Positions 1 through 12,031 of a DNA stretch of 64,000 bases are shown one piece after another (position 1 is the first letter of the stretch; each line of letters opens with the position of its first letter). Under the pieces are notes generated by a model, which was given only the letters and a program-made list of their open reading frames with translations, had not been told where the DNA came from and searched no databases. Both the position numbers and the translations under genes were made by a program. The stretch comes from Phoronis australis (lineage: Eukaryota > Animalia > Phoronida). Location of the stretch: positions 101,504-165,503 of the forward strand of contig NMRA01000384.1 in NCBI GenBank assembly GCA_002633005.1, written 5' to 3'.

Positions 1-2974
1 GAAAACGTAGATCCGCCACTGTTGCACATGCCGGGACAACCCAACTTTTAGACTGGTATCGAACAATCACCTCTGTACTTTAATAAGAAACAATTTGGGA
101 TCATTTTTAGAACGGTAATTGGTTTAAATGAAAGGATTTTTGAGATGGAAAGTGGGTTTACTGCCGCTTACACATTGTTTTGATGTCACGTGACACCATT
201 TTTAATGTGAAGCGAACTCAGGGGCTTCAGGCAATATTCGCTGGAAACACTATTATCATTGTCTCTGTTTCCGTCCACAAAAAGGGTGGAAAGTGAAATC
301 AAAACATCTTTAAAAATTTTCAGACTTCTCTTATCAGCTGCCAGATTAAAGTACAATAAAGAGTATTTTAGGGGAAGGACTTGCGGTTTTGACCGTCCAG
401 AGTTGCATGCCTGCCACTCCGGACGGTCCTTCACGACAATATAATGTTATGAACCTTTCTTAAAGTGGCGATATATCGGAGGTATTAAAAATTAAACCAA
501 ATTTTCAAGTAAGTGGAAATAGTGACATATTAATATTATTAATTTACTGTAAACCAAGTTTGTTCGGTAAAGTCGTCGATGACATTATATGAATGTTTAG
601 CGTGACTTCATTTTGACGTCATTATGACGTTTTGGACCCAATGTGACAACATGTCTTTTCTTATTTCCGGGTCCAAATTGCGTCATCTAATGCCATAACA
701 CATCATCACTAAACATCCGCCTTGCATATAATAATACCGGCTTGTGCAATTACAGATTTCCCTCCAAATCCGACCCTCGTTTTTCTAAAGAAATAAAGAC
801 ATTGGAAATATTTTCGACACCTAGTCTAGTAAAAAATCGTACGTCGCTAGTTCGTTTCCAGACAAGAAAAGGAGACCAACGTTGGTGTAAATGGGCAATT
901 TATCATGACTCTAGAATAGTGGTACAATACGTTGTAAGAAGAGATATACATGTATAGTAGGCCTAATAAAATGATATCATCTGGAAAGATGGGAAATAAA
1001 AAAAACGTCACGAGAGATATTGAAAACAGTTCATGCCCCTCTATGTGTCCATGTTAACGTCGGACGGAAACTGACGAATATTTGTATCGAACGAGCGTGT
1101 AGAGTGACATTTATGACAAGGTAACCTGTATCAATAGAAAAATCATTGTTTTATCCTTTCAATCGCTTAGCGATTTTTCAACACATTTTTGTTGATTTTT
1201 AGGACGCCCACATGTTTGCGTCGTGTCACACTTTGAAGCAATGTGGTTTACAAAATAATTCCACGGTTACTGTGTCGTAGTTCGTGCATCCGTTTTTATA
1301 TCATTCCTGGAAAGAGTAAAAAGCGAGCATCGCTGAGACTGGAAAGGTCACTAAACTGACTGTCCCATTTCAGGTGATAAACTCACCGTTTAAAACCGTA
1401 ACAGGCCATTAGTTACGGGTTAGTAAAGCTCGTCAGTTAGCGACGAGCAAGATTTCTTTTGTATATTTATTTGATGATATGTCGCCGAAGGATTCCTATC
1501 TCATTAATAGACGGTTATTCAAGTACGAGAATAAAATCGACGATCAAGGATTTATGAAATTCTATCTTTATTACGAGTACTTGACGTTTCACAACTTCCA
1601 CTGAGCTTTATTATCAAGAGAATGAATACACATAACATGCAAAACACATGGCGGGAAAATTACAGGATTTTTTTTAAAACCTTGATCGTAAATTTTATCC
1701 TCATGTTATGGCCGAAAACAAACACTATACAAGTACACGTTTGATTTTTAGGCAACTTTAAAATTTAAAGAGTGGATAAATGTGATCAACTGAAGACGTC
1801 TGGTATTTTTTCGTTTCAAGACGCTTTACAAACCATGCTCAGGCGCCAAAAACGACTTTTCTCAATCGCGCATTTGCTCTACAATAAAAAGCCTATAGAA
1901 TTGCACCGCAGGCTATACTGCTTCGAGAAAGTTCGAAGGCGTAACTAACCCGCCGATAATTTCATGAGCCTGCCGTTTCGGCAATAAAAAACCGCCAGTT
2001 GTTCTAGGTTTCTAAAATCATTTCTAATCTGAGCAAGGAATAATTTGAGGAAAATTTTAAGTGGCCTAAATCAACCCTTTTCTTTGACAGAAAGTACGGG
2101 ATATTGGCCTTTTCAGTAAAAGTTCTGATAGCCCTCTCTCTCGCTCTTTATTTGCCGTCCTTGAAGTGTAGGCCTACATGTATGTTCTTCGCGACACATG
2201 CGCTGTAGGCTACTTTGACTGCTCTCACTGACCTGTGCGATTTTGTACGGAAATTGTTCCGCTTTCCAATTTTCATGGTGGGTGCTCAAGTTTTGATGAA
2301 ATAATTTTTCATTCTTAACAAATGTGAAAAAATGTCACTGACTTTGCAAATAAAACTGTTAAGTAACGCACATACGGTCGTATACATACATACGGTGTCT
2401 TTTGCCATTAACAAAATACGCTACAGTCGGGGGATGTATTATGAAATAAGTTCAAGCAATACTTGGCAAAATGAGTACAGCTTTTGCTAACTCATCTTTC
2501 ATTCGACAATTTTCACTGAAATCACCCTTGGTCATCGAAACTTCCATTAGATGCGTTTTGTCATCAGTCCATTGATCTTTTTGACTGTCCATACTTGTCG
2601 CTTGAGAGATAGTTCCAAAGTGGGAACCTGGATACCCGAACCTCAGAGCTACAGATTCAGGACAATTGTTTTAGAATAGTCATCTCTTTTCCACTGAACA
2701 AACCCTTCTTGTGTCGGCTTTGCTGAGAAAGAGTACCGAGCGCAAATACTGCTTTTCTTTCTCCCCGTACGAACGCTGTGTAGATTTACATTTACTCCCG
2801 GCCGGGTGCAGATTTGAGTATGGTGCATGTTTACTTACGCCTGTAAAAGTGCTACGTTTACATATCAAACAGAGCTCAACATCGAGTACTGTGCACTTTC
2901 ACAAAGTAAAATATTGTCAGGGGTCATTTGCAACGGAAGCCAACACCATCGTGCATTATATTCACCAAGTGCTA

Positions 2975-3270
2975 CCGTGATGTTCTGTAGATAAGCCCAT
3001 GGGCGAGTATTAGGAAAATGAAAAATTTCGGACGTTTTAGTAACACAAAATACACGGAAAGTCATAAGTTTCCTGTCTTTGACATTTTTACTTAAAAACG
3101 AGTTCTTAAAATTTATGTTGATAGATGCATAATTCGCCAGCATTTTTTTCGTTTCTAAAAATGATAAATGCTCTAAAATGAACTTGTGACTATATGTTGA
3201 CCCTTAGTGGGCTTTTAAGAAGAAATTTTCTGAATAAACGCCCCATGGACTTATCTACAAAAAACCCCGG
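2975..3270. mobile_element. Tc1/mariner (pogo-like) MITE
   Basis: Imperfect TIRs (ccgtgatgttctgtagataagcccatgggcg ... cgccccatggacttatctacaaaaaaccccgg), flanked by TA on both sides. Confidence 0.65.
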
Positions 3271-5337
3271 TACATTATGCGCATAAAAATGCAATTGCAA
3301 TGTGTTGACCACAGCATAAATGCCCATGGGCATTGATAAAGAAATACTCTGTTTTTCTCATCGTCGTAACTGATTCGCGTGTCGCGCACTTGTACTCTTT
3401 AATATTGAAGATAATAACTGAACCTTTAAAAATGACCGCGTCGAAATCTATCACAACAGTTCAAACCATCGTCTACTTCATTCCAACTGGGTTTAGATTT
3501 TGAATTTGCTGGGTGCAGTCGTAAGTATTATCTTTAATTTTTTAAAAGAACTGTGATTAAATGTGCTATGAATTTCCCGTCAGATTGATCGATCTCGCTC
3601 TCACATGGTACGCCCTTGGTTTAGCCCGAGGCTGCTGAGTGCTGTCCAGTTTGTTTACCACACTACGGTAAGAACGTAGGCCTATTTGTAATTCTTTAAA
3701 TTAATCTGTTCAGGGACAGAACTGTCAAATGTAGCACTTGGAAACTAAAAATAAGTTGTTACCACTACTAGTAAAGGTGATTACTCGCCAGTGACAGCAT
3801 TCTGCTCACCGATTTCTTTGTAAATTTCCAGGCTAGATTTACGCGCTATGCTATGGTTCATTACTATTACACCCGTAATCCTTAAGCAGCATCAGGGAGT
3901 CAAAAACTAGAGTTTGTCTTTGCTTAGCTAATCTGGACAGGGTATGGTAAAATGATAAAGTACCTTTACCAGAATGGTGCCTTGCTTTAGCTTCTCTCGG
4001 AACAGAAAATATGAAAAATGATTGTGGGAATTCACAACAATGTTCAGGATCCCTTAAAAATCAAAATAGTGGCAGTTTTGACTATTACTATTTTGGCCAA
4101 ACTAGTGAGATTTTACTGTATTTGGTTTCTGTTAAGACAATTATTTATTAATTTGTTGGAACACATGACCTCAGGGTGTCTCATAGAATTGTATAAATCA
4201 CTTGCCAACTGTAATGCATTTGCAATTGTCTTTTTACTGAATGTTTGGATGCTCGGCTCTGCATTTATTGAAGAGGCTCACACAAATCTTTACCCTGTAC
4301 AAAATGATGGTGAACAAATGACGGTTTAGAATGACAAAAGAAAGCGATGGCTTTGCATTATATTTTTTTCTCCATAAAGTCAAGAAGTATCAGTGTTGAA
4401 AGTGCTCCAATTTCAAAATCAAAAGTTGCATAGTTTCACTTAAAACAGACAGGTTATTTTATAATTTTTGCGATTGTGAGTGAAGAACCCAATATACAAA
4501 TTGAACTGCTGAGCTACATGTAGTGAAAGATGCCCATATTGCCTTTGTGTTGAGAATCTTGATATTTTGTTTTACAACGCAAGTTGCTTTTGAGTTTTTT
4601 GTTTGCTTTTCAGGTTTTTTATTTTTGTTTTTTTTTTGTTTTGTCAGCAGCATGTATGCACATGGACAGCCAACGAAGAGTTAACTGAACAATTTATAAT
4701 TATTATTATTCAATTGAAAATACTAAAAATCAACACCATTTTTAAATGAGATCTCCTTCCATAATTCTCAAGTTTTAAATTTTTGTCAGAGGTTACATTT
4801 TGTTAGCCAATCTACCAACAAACTCAAAGAGCCGATGTCTAATTAGCATTGCCCAGGGGCATGGTGTAGTTGCATAATATCCAACTATACACTGGATAAA
4901 GTCTTAAGTTACAGTTTGGTAGCGTCCCATTCAAGTTGATGGCTGACGCTTACACAAGTCCTATTTCACGTTATCTTTTCTCACTGTTTGCAGTAACCTA
5001 AGTATTTGTGATAAAGAAACATTTCTTTTGACATTTTTGGTAGATGCGTGTTTGTATTACTAGACTCACCAAGCAGTAAGTTACGAAGCTCATGCCTGTC
5101 ACTGTTACAAATTTGACCTAAGTTTTATTTTGAGTTAATTACGGTTTTAAATGTCACTTTTTAAAAAAATTCCATTTGCCTACCTTCTGTTTGCTTTAAG
5201 TTAAAATCCTTGTTTGCAAATTATGGATCTTAAGAAAACTGAAATTTTTTCGTCTCATTAAAAACTTTTTGTATTTATTTGTTTTCTTTTGTTACAGGTT
5301 ATGGGCTTTAATTCCAGACCTCGACATAAACAACAAA

Positions 5338-5389
5338 ATGTTTGTATGTGAAAAAATATTCTTTTTAAAGATTTTATCCTCCCTTTTCT
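5338..5389 (+). CDS. LamG-EGF gene coding exon 1 (signal peptide MFVCEKIFFLKILSSLF)
   Basis: caacaaaATG start context. Acceptor ttttcttttgttacag ends at 5297. Donor T|GTAAGT in phase 1 joins the next exon to give ...SSLFCLNFICYG/QPP, a plausible cleavable signal peptide. Confidence 0.75.
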
Positions 5390-5783
5390 GTAAGTAACTC
5401 AATCATGTTGTATCTTAACTTGTTGAGATTTCACCACAATGTGTGGTCTAATGGGCATTTTCTTAAAATTGGCTTCACAAGTTTAAAGTGTGGGTGTTCG
5501 TTCATCCTGACCATGTTTTTTTCACCAGTCTGTCCATAAAAATGATAAAATTGTGTATGAAATTTCAAATTTGATGTTTTATCAAATGTCTCTTTTTTGA
5601 TTTTGATTCAAAACACAAGTTGGAATAGTTAAAACCATCACTTTTGGGCTGGATTTTTATCAAGGAACCAAAAAATAAAACAAATTTCTGTCCACAAATT
5701 TACTGCTGAAAATGAAAAAGAATGAACTAAGTACACTGTAGCGTCAAACTAAGTTTCTATAAGTAAGAGATGAAAATAGCGAC

Positions 5784-5889
5784 AATAGTCTGATATAACA
5801 TGCCCACATTTTGAGAACCAGTTGACACCTGTTATTCAGTGGAGAAAACTGGTTCTCAAAATTCGGGCACGTTATATAAGGCCACTATT
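5784..5889. repeat. Short palindromic dispersed repeat; second copy inverted at about 49200-49300
   Basis: tataacatgccc...tgagaaccagtt ... aactggttctca...gggcacgttata. A closely similar reverse-complement copy lies near 49209. Confidence 0.7.
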
Positions 5890-6164
5890 GAAAATAAGTG
5901 AATGGTCGGAAACTCTGATGTTTAGAATTATTGAAATTTTCAGGAACAACATTTGGTAAAAAATTCCATTATTTGCAGTTTAGCAATCAGCCTTTGAAAA
6001 ATGAAAAAATAACAGTTTTAACAATTATTATTTTTGTAAAAAATAAGTGGAAATCTGTATGCACCTGGTTGTAGTTACATTCATACAGTCAGGTAAGTTG
6101 TAGTGTTAACCTGCTGCATTTTGGGTTTCTCATTCATTGCTTCAGTGTGCTAAGCTGTGTTGTA

Positions 6165-6418
6165 CAGCACAAGACAAAAGTAAGCAGACAAAATACCTGT
6201 AGGTTTCCCTGTCATGATAGCTATACAACAAAAACGACTGGTGATAACTAATAGGGTGGCAAAATTCTAATTACAAAATGGCTTAGCCTCCTTACTAACT
6301 GTCCCTTCATTCTTGTTCCCGAGGGAAGATTTAACTCCGACGATGAATTCGGTTTCCACCTAGCCGTCATGAAGGGGACATCTGGGTCATTTTGTCTGAA
6401 CACTTTTGGCTTGTACTG
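6165..6418. mobile_element. Tc1/mariner-type MITE, family B (full copy)
   Basis: TA|CAGCACAAGACAAAAGT ... ACTTTTGGCTTGTACTG|TA. Related copies at about 21327-21460, 42410-42661, 44585-45732 and 50175-50408 (inverted). Confidence 0.8.
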
Positions 6419-7341
6419 TATTTACTCAGCCTGTCACTGCAGTCTGCCCACTTAGACCATCTGTTAGAAGCAACAAAATTTGAAGTACCTCTCCAACTCT
6501 ATCTGTTTACATTTAAACAGATTTCTTACTGTGTAAATGTTTGTGTGGCTGTGTAAACACAAATTTTAATCAATGTTGACATATATCTGTAGATTTTAAA
6601 GGGATTTCAGTAAAAATTAAAGAATTTCATAATTTATCTTAATTGTTTGTTTCGATAAAAATCAAAGCTGCGTGTTGCCCCTTTCAGCTGATTGAGAAAC
6701 AAAAATTACTTCAAAATCGCTCTCAAAATGTTCCTTACAGGGATAGGATTCTATTTTCGTTACCAACAAGAGCAATTAGCCATCAACAACTCACTAAAAT
6801 GCTGCAGAGTTTATTGGGTTTTTCCAACCCTAAAATTGCTGAATCAAAAATGGCGTACATGCGCATTGCTCATGACTTGAGTTGCCGACTCAATCGGCAG
6901 TTACGAATTAAGAATTTAAAATCGACAGTTAAACAGTGGCAAAATGCAACTTTAAGTTTAATTTATGATACAGAATTAACTTAATATTTAACTACAAAAT
7001 TTGGCACATTTTCCTGGTTTTGAAATAAATAAGTGGATATGTCAGTAAGAAAAGTAAAACAGAGTTGTCGCGTTGTCCAAAAAGAAGCAGTGAAACGAGA
7101 TAAAAGTGTGGTTGAAAAATATGATGTACTTACGATGGTAAAGTTAAAATGAGCTTATGTTTATTCATGTGAAAAGCAAAGCTTATTAGCCAATCACGTT
7201 GCGTCATTGTTGCTGTCAGATAGATAGTCATGAAAAAGGTCAGTCCATGATCAACAGAGTATTACATAACGATGCTATGAACAAAAGACCAAGAAGTAAT
7301 AAATTTTACCTGAATTAGGAGTAAACTGTTTACACTTTCAG

Positions 7342-7583
7342 GTCTTAATTTTATTTGTTATGGGCAACCTCCTTACTTCCTTGACACCGATGGCTTCATA
7401 CGCTACTCTGTCGGGAATTCTGAGTTACACGGCTTGGAAGACAGACTTGTAGCACGATTTCGCTTCTGCAGTGATCATGGGATTCTTATGTTCCAAGATG
7501 GCGGAAGTTCATACTTCTTCGCCATGGGAATTAACAGCGGAAGGATTTATCTAGAATGGAAGACGTCTTCACAAGTAATTGAG
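7342..7583 (+). CDS. Coding exon 2, first LamG domain N-half
   Basis: tttcag acceptor, GAG|GTAATT donor. Encodes ...ARFRFCSDHGILMFQDGGSSYFFAMGINSGRIYLEW..., the LamG beta-strand pattern. Phase 1 to 0. Confidence 0.85.
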
Positions 7584-9420
7584 GTAATTGCAAACTTCTG
7601 AATATTCCCTAATACGACAATTGTTCTCTTATGTAGCACACTCATCTCCATTTCGCACATTCCAAATTATTTGGAAAATAATATTTTGTCCTTCACTTAT
7701 TTCATACGAGGCTACTCGGTGGGAATTTCTTTTTTACATGTTTATTGAAACAGAATATTTGACAGTATGAAAAGTAGTACACACACGCATACATACATCA
7801 CAGCCACCCCTGGGATCAGAATATTATCAAAGAGGAAAATTTCACAAATATATGAATCATATGCGCCCACCTGTCAACGGATAGTTCATGTCTACAATTA
7901 ATGCAGAATTTACTATTTCAAGCTTGTGATATCTAGAATTTCTTTTTTGAGTAGCAGCACACACTGAACACTAGAGTTCAATCTCGCTTTATGAATATGC
8001 TGACCAAACGTACAATGACCAAGTTAATAACATGCTTTGCGCTATGGGAATTTCTTGACTGTGTTCACTGACCCAAGATATTGTGAAAGGTGGGGTTACT
8101 GGATGCCCCGTGAGGAGCAGCGTACAGAGAACACTTGGTTTGATGTATATCACGAGGTAATCGCCAATAATATATTGAGACAATTAAAGAGACTTAATTT
8201 GCACAGCATACACTACCTTTGCACTAGTTCACAGAGACTGCACTGAGGCTTAGTATCACCGAAACAACTCAATATGAAAAGGTTTATTGATAGGGGGTGG
8301 GGGCAAATGAATGGTAAACATGTCAGAAAAATAAAATGAATTGAAATAATTAATAAAACTGTGTTTGTATTATAAAATATTCTTTAACTCTGGACTAACA
8401 CAATCTAAAATTTCCAATTTATAATTTGTTTGCTGCGAGCACACACTGTTCAGAAAACTAGACCAGTGACAACCACGTGAACCAAACACCATTCTGCCAT
8501 ATTGTTTAATAAACTGACGATTTTTAGAGAGGTAAAGAGTCCTTGCATTTCTTTTTCTTTCAATTTCCCCATGTGCAGTGTGTTAGAGTGCCACCTATGT
8601 TCACAAATAGCAATACACACCGTAGTGACAAAGGGGTCCATTGAGATTAACATAATCCCATTAGGTAAGCTTGCATACCAAGAAGTACATAGGTGTTATG
8701 TAATACTTTTGATTTTCTGACCATGAGAAAAGCCCCAAATACTTTAACTCTGCTGTCTTCCTCTCAAAACGAGGCCATCCTTGTATCAACCCGATATCAT
8801 CACTGCATTTGATCCCTGTTGCTATGTCATAGTGCTGTCAGCAGTCACAGGCCATAGTTTTATGACACAATGAGGTGCCGTAAGGGATTACGTTGGCCAT
8901 GCAGCCAAAGCTGCAGGACTGGACTCCATGGGGTACTGTGTTTTCGTTTGTAAACTCCAACTTTTGGAGGACTGATCATCATCCAACAACCAATTTTTAC
9001 TTCATTATTTACCATTCTCCTGGAGCATAAAAATTTCCACTATCTACTCTAGAATCACGCTCAATTAAATTATTGCCAAGCACTCCTTTTGTATTGGTAC
9101 ACAATACTATGGTTAAGCTGGTCAGAGGTTACAGTCACACAAAGGAATCAACAGGAGAAAGTTCTAATTTCAAGTTCTCAGAAGGTCAATGGTTTTTCTC
9201 CAGTTGAAGTTTTTGGTAAAAGTATTTCATACAAATCACATCTGCTTCAGGACATTTGTTGAAAGTCATTTGCAAATAATATTTTAAATATTGGTTAGCG
9301 TCAGGCATCAGGCCCACTGTTTACAACATAATTGCTGGATTACCTGAGCATCAGATGAAATCAGTCAATAAGAGAGCTGGACTATGTAAACATTGGTTTG
9401 TCAAACTGATAACCACAAGG

Positions 9421-9481
9421 CTGTATCCCCCACCTGTATCCCCCACCTGTATCCCCCACCTGTATCCCCCACCTGTATCCC
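9421..9481. repeat. 13-bp minisatellite (ctgtatcccccac), about 4.6 copies
   Basis: Directly visible tandem array. Confidence 0.9.
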
Positions 9482-9658
9482 TGACTTGGCCCATCAGGTA
9501 TGCACATTGCACTGCGCAGTTAAAGCATTTTTATTATCTACAAAGGTTTACAATCTGTTGATTACCACTATTGATGATTCTCTGAGGTGATAAAGTAGAA
9601 TGTACCTTTTCATTCCTGGTAAAAATAGTGTTAGCGTCAAGCAGAAACTACTTCAAAT

Positions 9659-10560
9659 NNNNNNNNNNNNNNNNNNNNNNNNNNNNNNNNNNNNNNNNNN
9701 NNNNNNNNNNNNNNNNNNNNNNNNNNNNNNNNNNNNNNNNNNNNNNNNNNNNNNNNNNNNNNNNNNNNNNNNNNNNNNNNNNNNNNNNNNNNNNNNNNNN
9801 NNNNNNNNNNNNNNNNNNNNNNNNNNNNNNNNNNNNNNNNNNNNNNNNNNNNNNNNNNNNNNNNNNNNNNNNNNNNNNNNNNNNNNNNNNNNNNNNNNNN
9901 NNNNNNNNNNNNNNNNNNNNNNNNNNNNNNNNNNNNNNNNNNNNNNNNNNNNNNNNNNNNNNNNNNNNNNNNNNNNNNNNNNNNNNNNNNNNNNNNNNNN
10001 NNNNNNNNNNNNNNNNNNNNNNNNNNNNNNNNNNNNNNNNNNNNNNNNNNNNNNNNNNNNNNNNNNNNNNNNNNNNNNNNNNNNNNNNNNNNNNNNNNNN
10101 NNNNNNNNNNNNNNNNNNNNNNNNNNNNNNNNNNNNNNNNNNNNNNNNNNNNNNNNNNNNNNNNNNNNNNNNNNNNNNNNNNNNNNNNNNNNNNNNNNNN
10201 NNNNNNNNNNNNNNNNNNNNNNNNNNNNNNNNNNNNNNNNNNNNNNNNNNNNNNNNNNNNNNNNNNNNNNNNNNNNNNNNNNNNNNNNNNNNNNNNNNNN
10301 NNNNNNNNNNNNNNNNNNNNNNNNNNNNNNNNNNNNNNNNNNNNNNNNNNNNNNNNNNNNNNNNNNNNNNNNNNNNNNNNNNNNNNNNNNNNNNNNNNNN
10401 NNNNNNNNNNNNNNNNNNNNNNNNNNNNNNNNNNNNNNNNNNNNNNNNNNNNNNNNNNNNNNNNNNNNNNNNNNNNNNNNNNNNNNNNNNNNNNNNNNNN
10501 NNNNNNNNNNNNNNNNNNNNNNNNNNNNNNNNNNNNNNNNNNNNNNNNNNNNNNNNNNNN
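9659..10560. other. Assembly gap
   Basis: Run of N. Confidence 1.
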
Positions 10561-12031
10561 ACTGTAAGCTTTTTAACATTTTAGGAATTAATGGAATCGG
10601 TCTTGAATTTGGAAAATGAAAAATACCCAAAATTGGCAGTAATTGTACACAAAATGAGAGATGTCACTGAATCTATATCAAACTTGTTGCCGTATACAAT
10701 GTCAGATACTTAGATTAATTAAAAACAAGAACAACATTAACACTAATACACAAAAATTGTATAGTGCTGTTGAACTATATTACAGCGGTAGCTTTTATAA
10801 CCCTTACCCTATTAAAACACTGTGTGGTAAGGTGACCATTTACAGAATTTTTTCGTTATACGTTTTGCACACAGTGTTTTGTTACTATGGTAATTCTCCA
10901 CTTGTTTCGCGCAGAATAAATTAAACATATTTTCCCGATGCTGTGTGCCAAATCAACTGAATGTACAGACTTTGTAGTTGGCCAGTGTGACCCAAATAAC
11001 AGTAATTATGTTACTTCACTCTTACAGTATTTGTTTATATATATCACGATATATAGTTGAGGTCTAATTTACAAAAGAATCAAAACAGAATTGACCTATC
11101 ACCAGGATTTTGAGTGACAAGATAACTGACCAATCAGAATGCAGCATTCTTGACAAACATAAACCTTTGTTTCCAAGCTGCCATTTTACCCGACAAACAA
11201 CACGTTGTTGGGTAAAACTTGTTGTTTGCTTGTCGACATTTTGCAAAGTGCGGAGCTTGCGATAGGTTTAGTTATGAGAAAATAACCAAAGATGGTGATT
11301 CTTAATTATATATTTAACAAAGTTGGGTATTGGTTGTAGAAATTGTTGAAGTATTACTACTGTAAATGGTGTCCGAAAGACTGACTTGCTAACTGCAGTG
11401 TTTACGTTCTACTTCATTTTAGTCTTGGGGTCCGCGTGGCTAGTCTACAGTACAAACGTGTCTGGTCAGTTCTAGAAGCCTTTTGAGGTAATTAAATGGA
11501 CTGTAACAGTTACTGCAGGTAGTCTCATCACGACTAGCAAAGTTTGTTGTCAAAGTTTTGCATGCTCTTAACAAACTAACAAAAATACGACACATTTTTG
11601 ACACATTCATATTACAAGAGAGCACCTAGATTAGCAGTGTCTACTGATAATCTGGGCACTGCTGTTAACATAGTGTTCCTCACGCCTGCTTTGAGACTAT
11701 TGAAATAGTGCCAGGTTATCCCTTAAACCTGCGATAATAAGTTTACAGCCAACAAATATAAGGGTCCCTCACAACCCTGACTAAAGTTTAACATAGCTTG
11801 AAAATTTTGGCAACCGAATATTGCGAAATTTTTTAATATGGTCTGCACACAACCTGTTGGCCTCATCACGTGACCTAATGAGCATAATTCTGAAAAGATT
11901 TCTGTCCCCGACCCCCCCCGACTGACACTCAAACCTGGGACCTGCTAATTGATGCAGACAAATCTAGTCCACTGAGCCACACCTATTTACATATTCATAT
12001 ATTGGAGGAGGTAGTGGAAAAATTGCACTCA

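Noticed and set aside
2453-2593. 46-codon - strand ORF MDSQKDQWTDDKTHL..., a possible first exon of a divergent gene
   Set aside because: No strong donor, recognisable domain or further exons found.
9600-10630. Three long ORFs of more than 300 aa
   Set aside because: Artefacts of translating the N gap.
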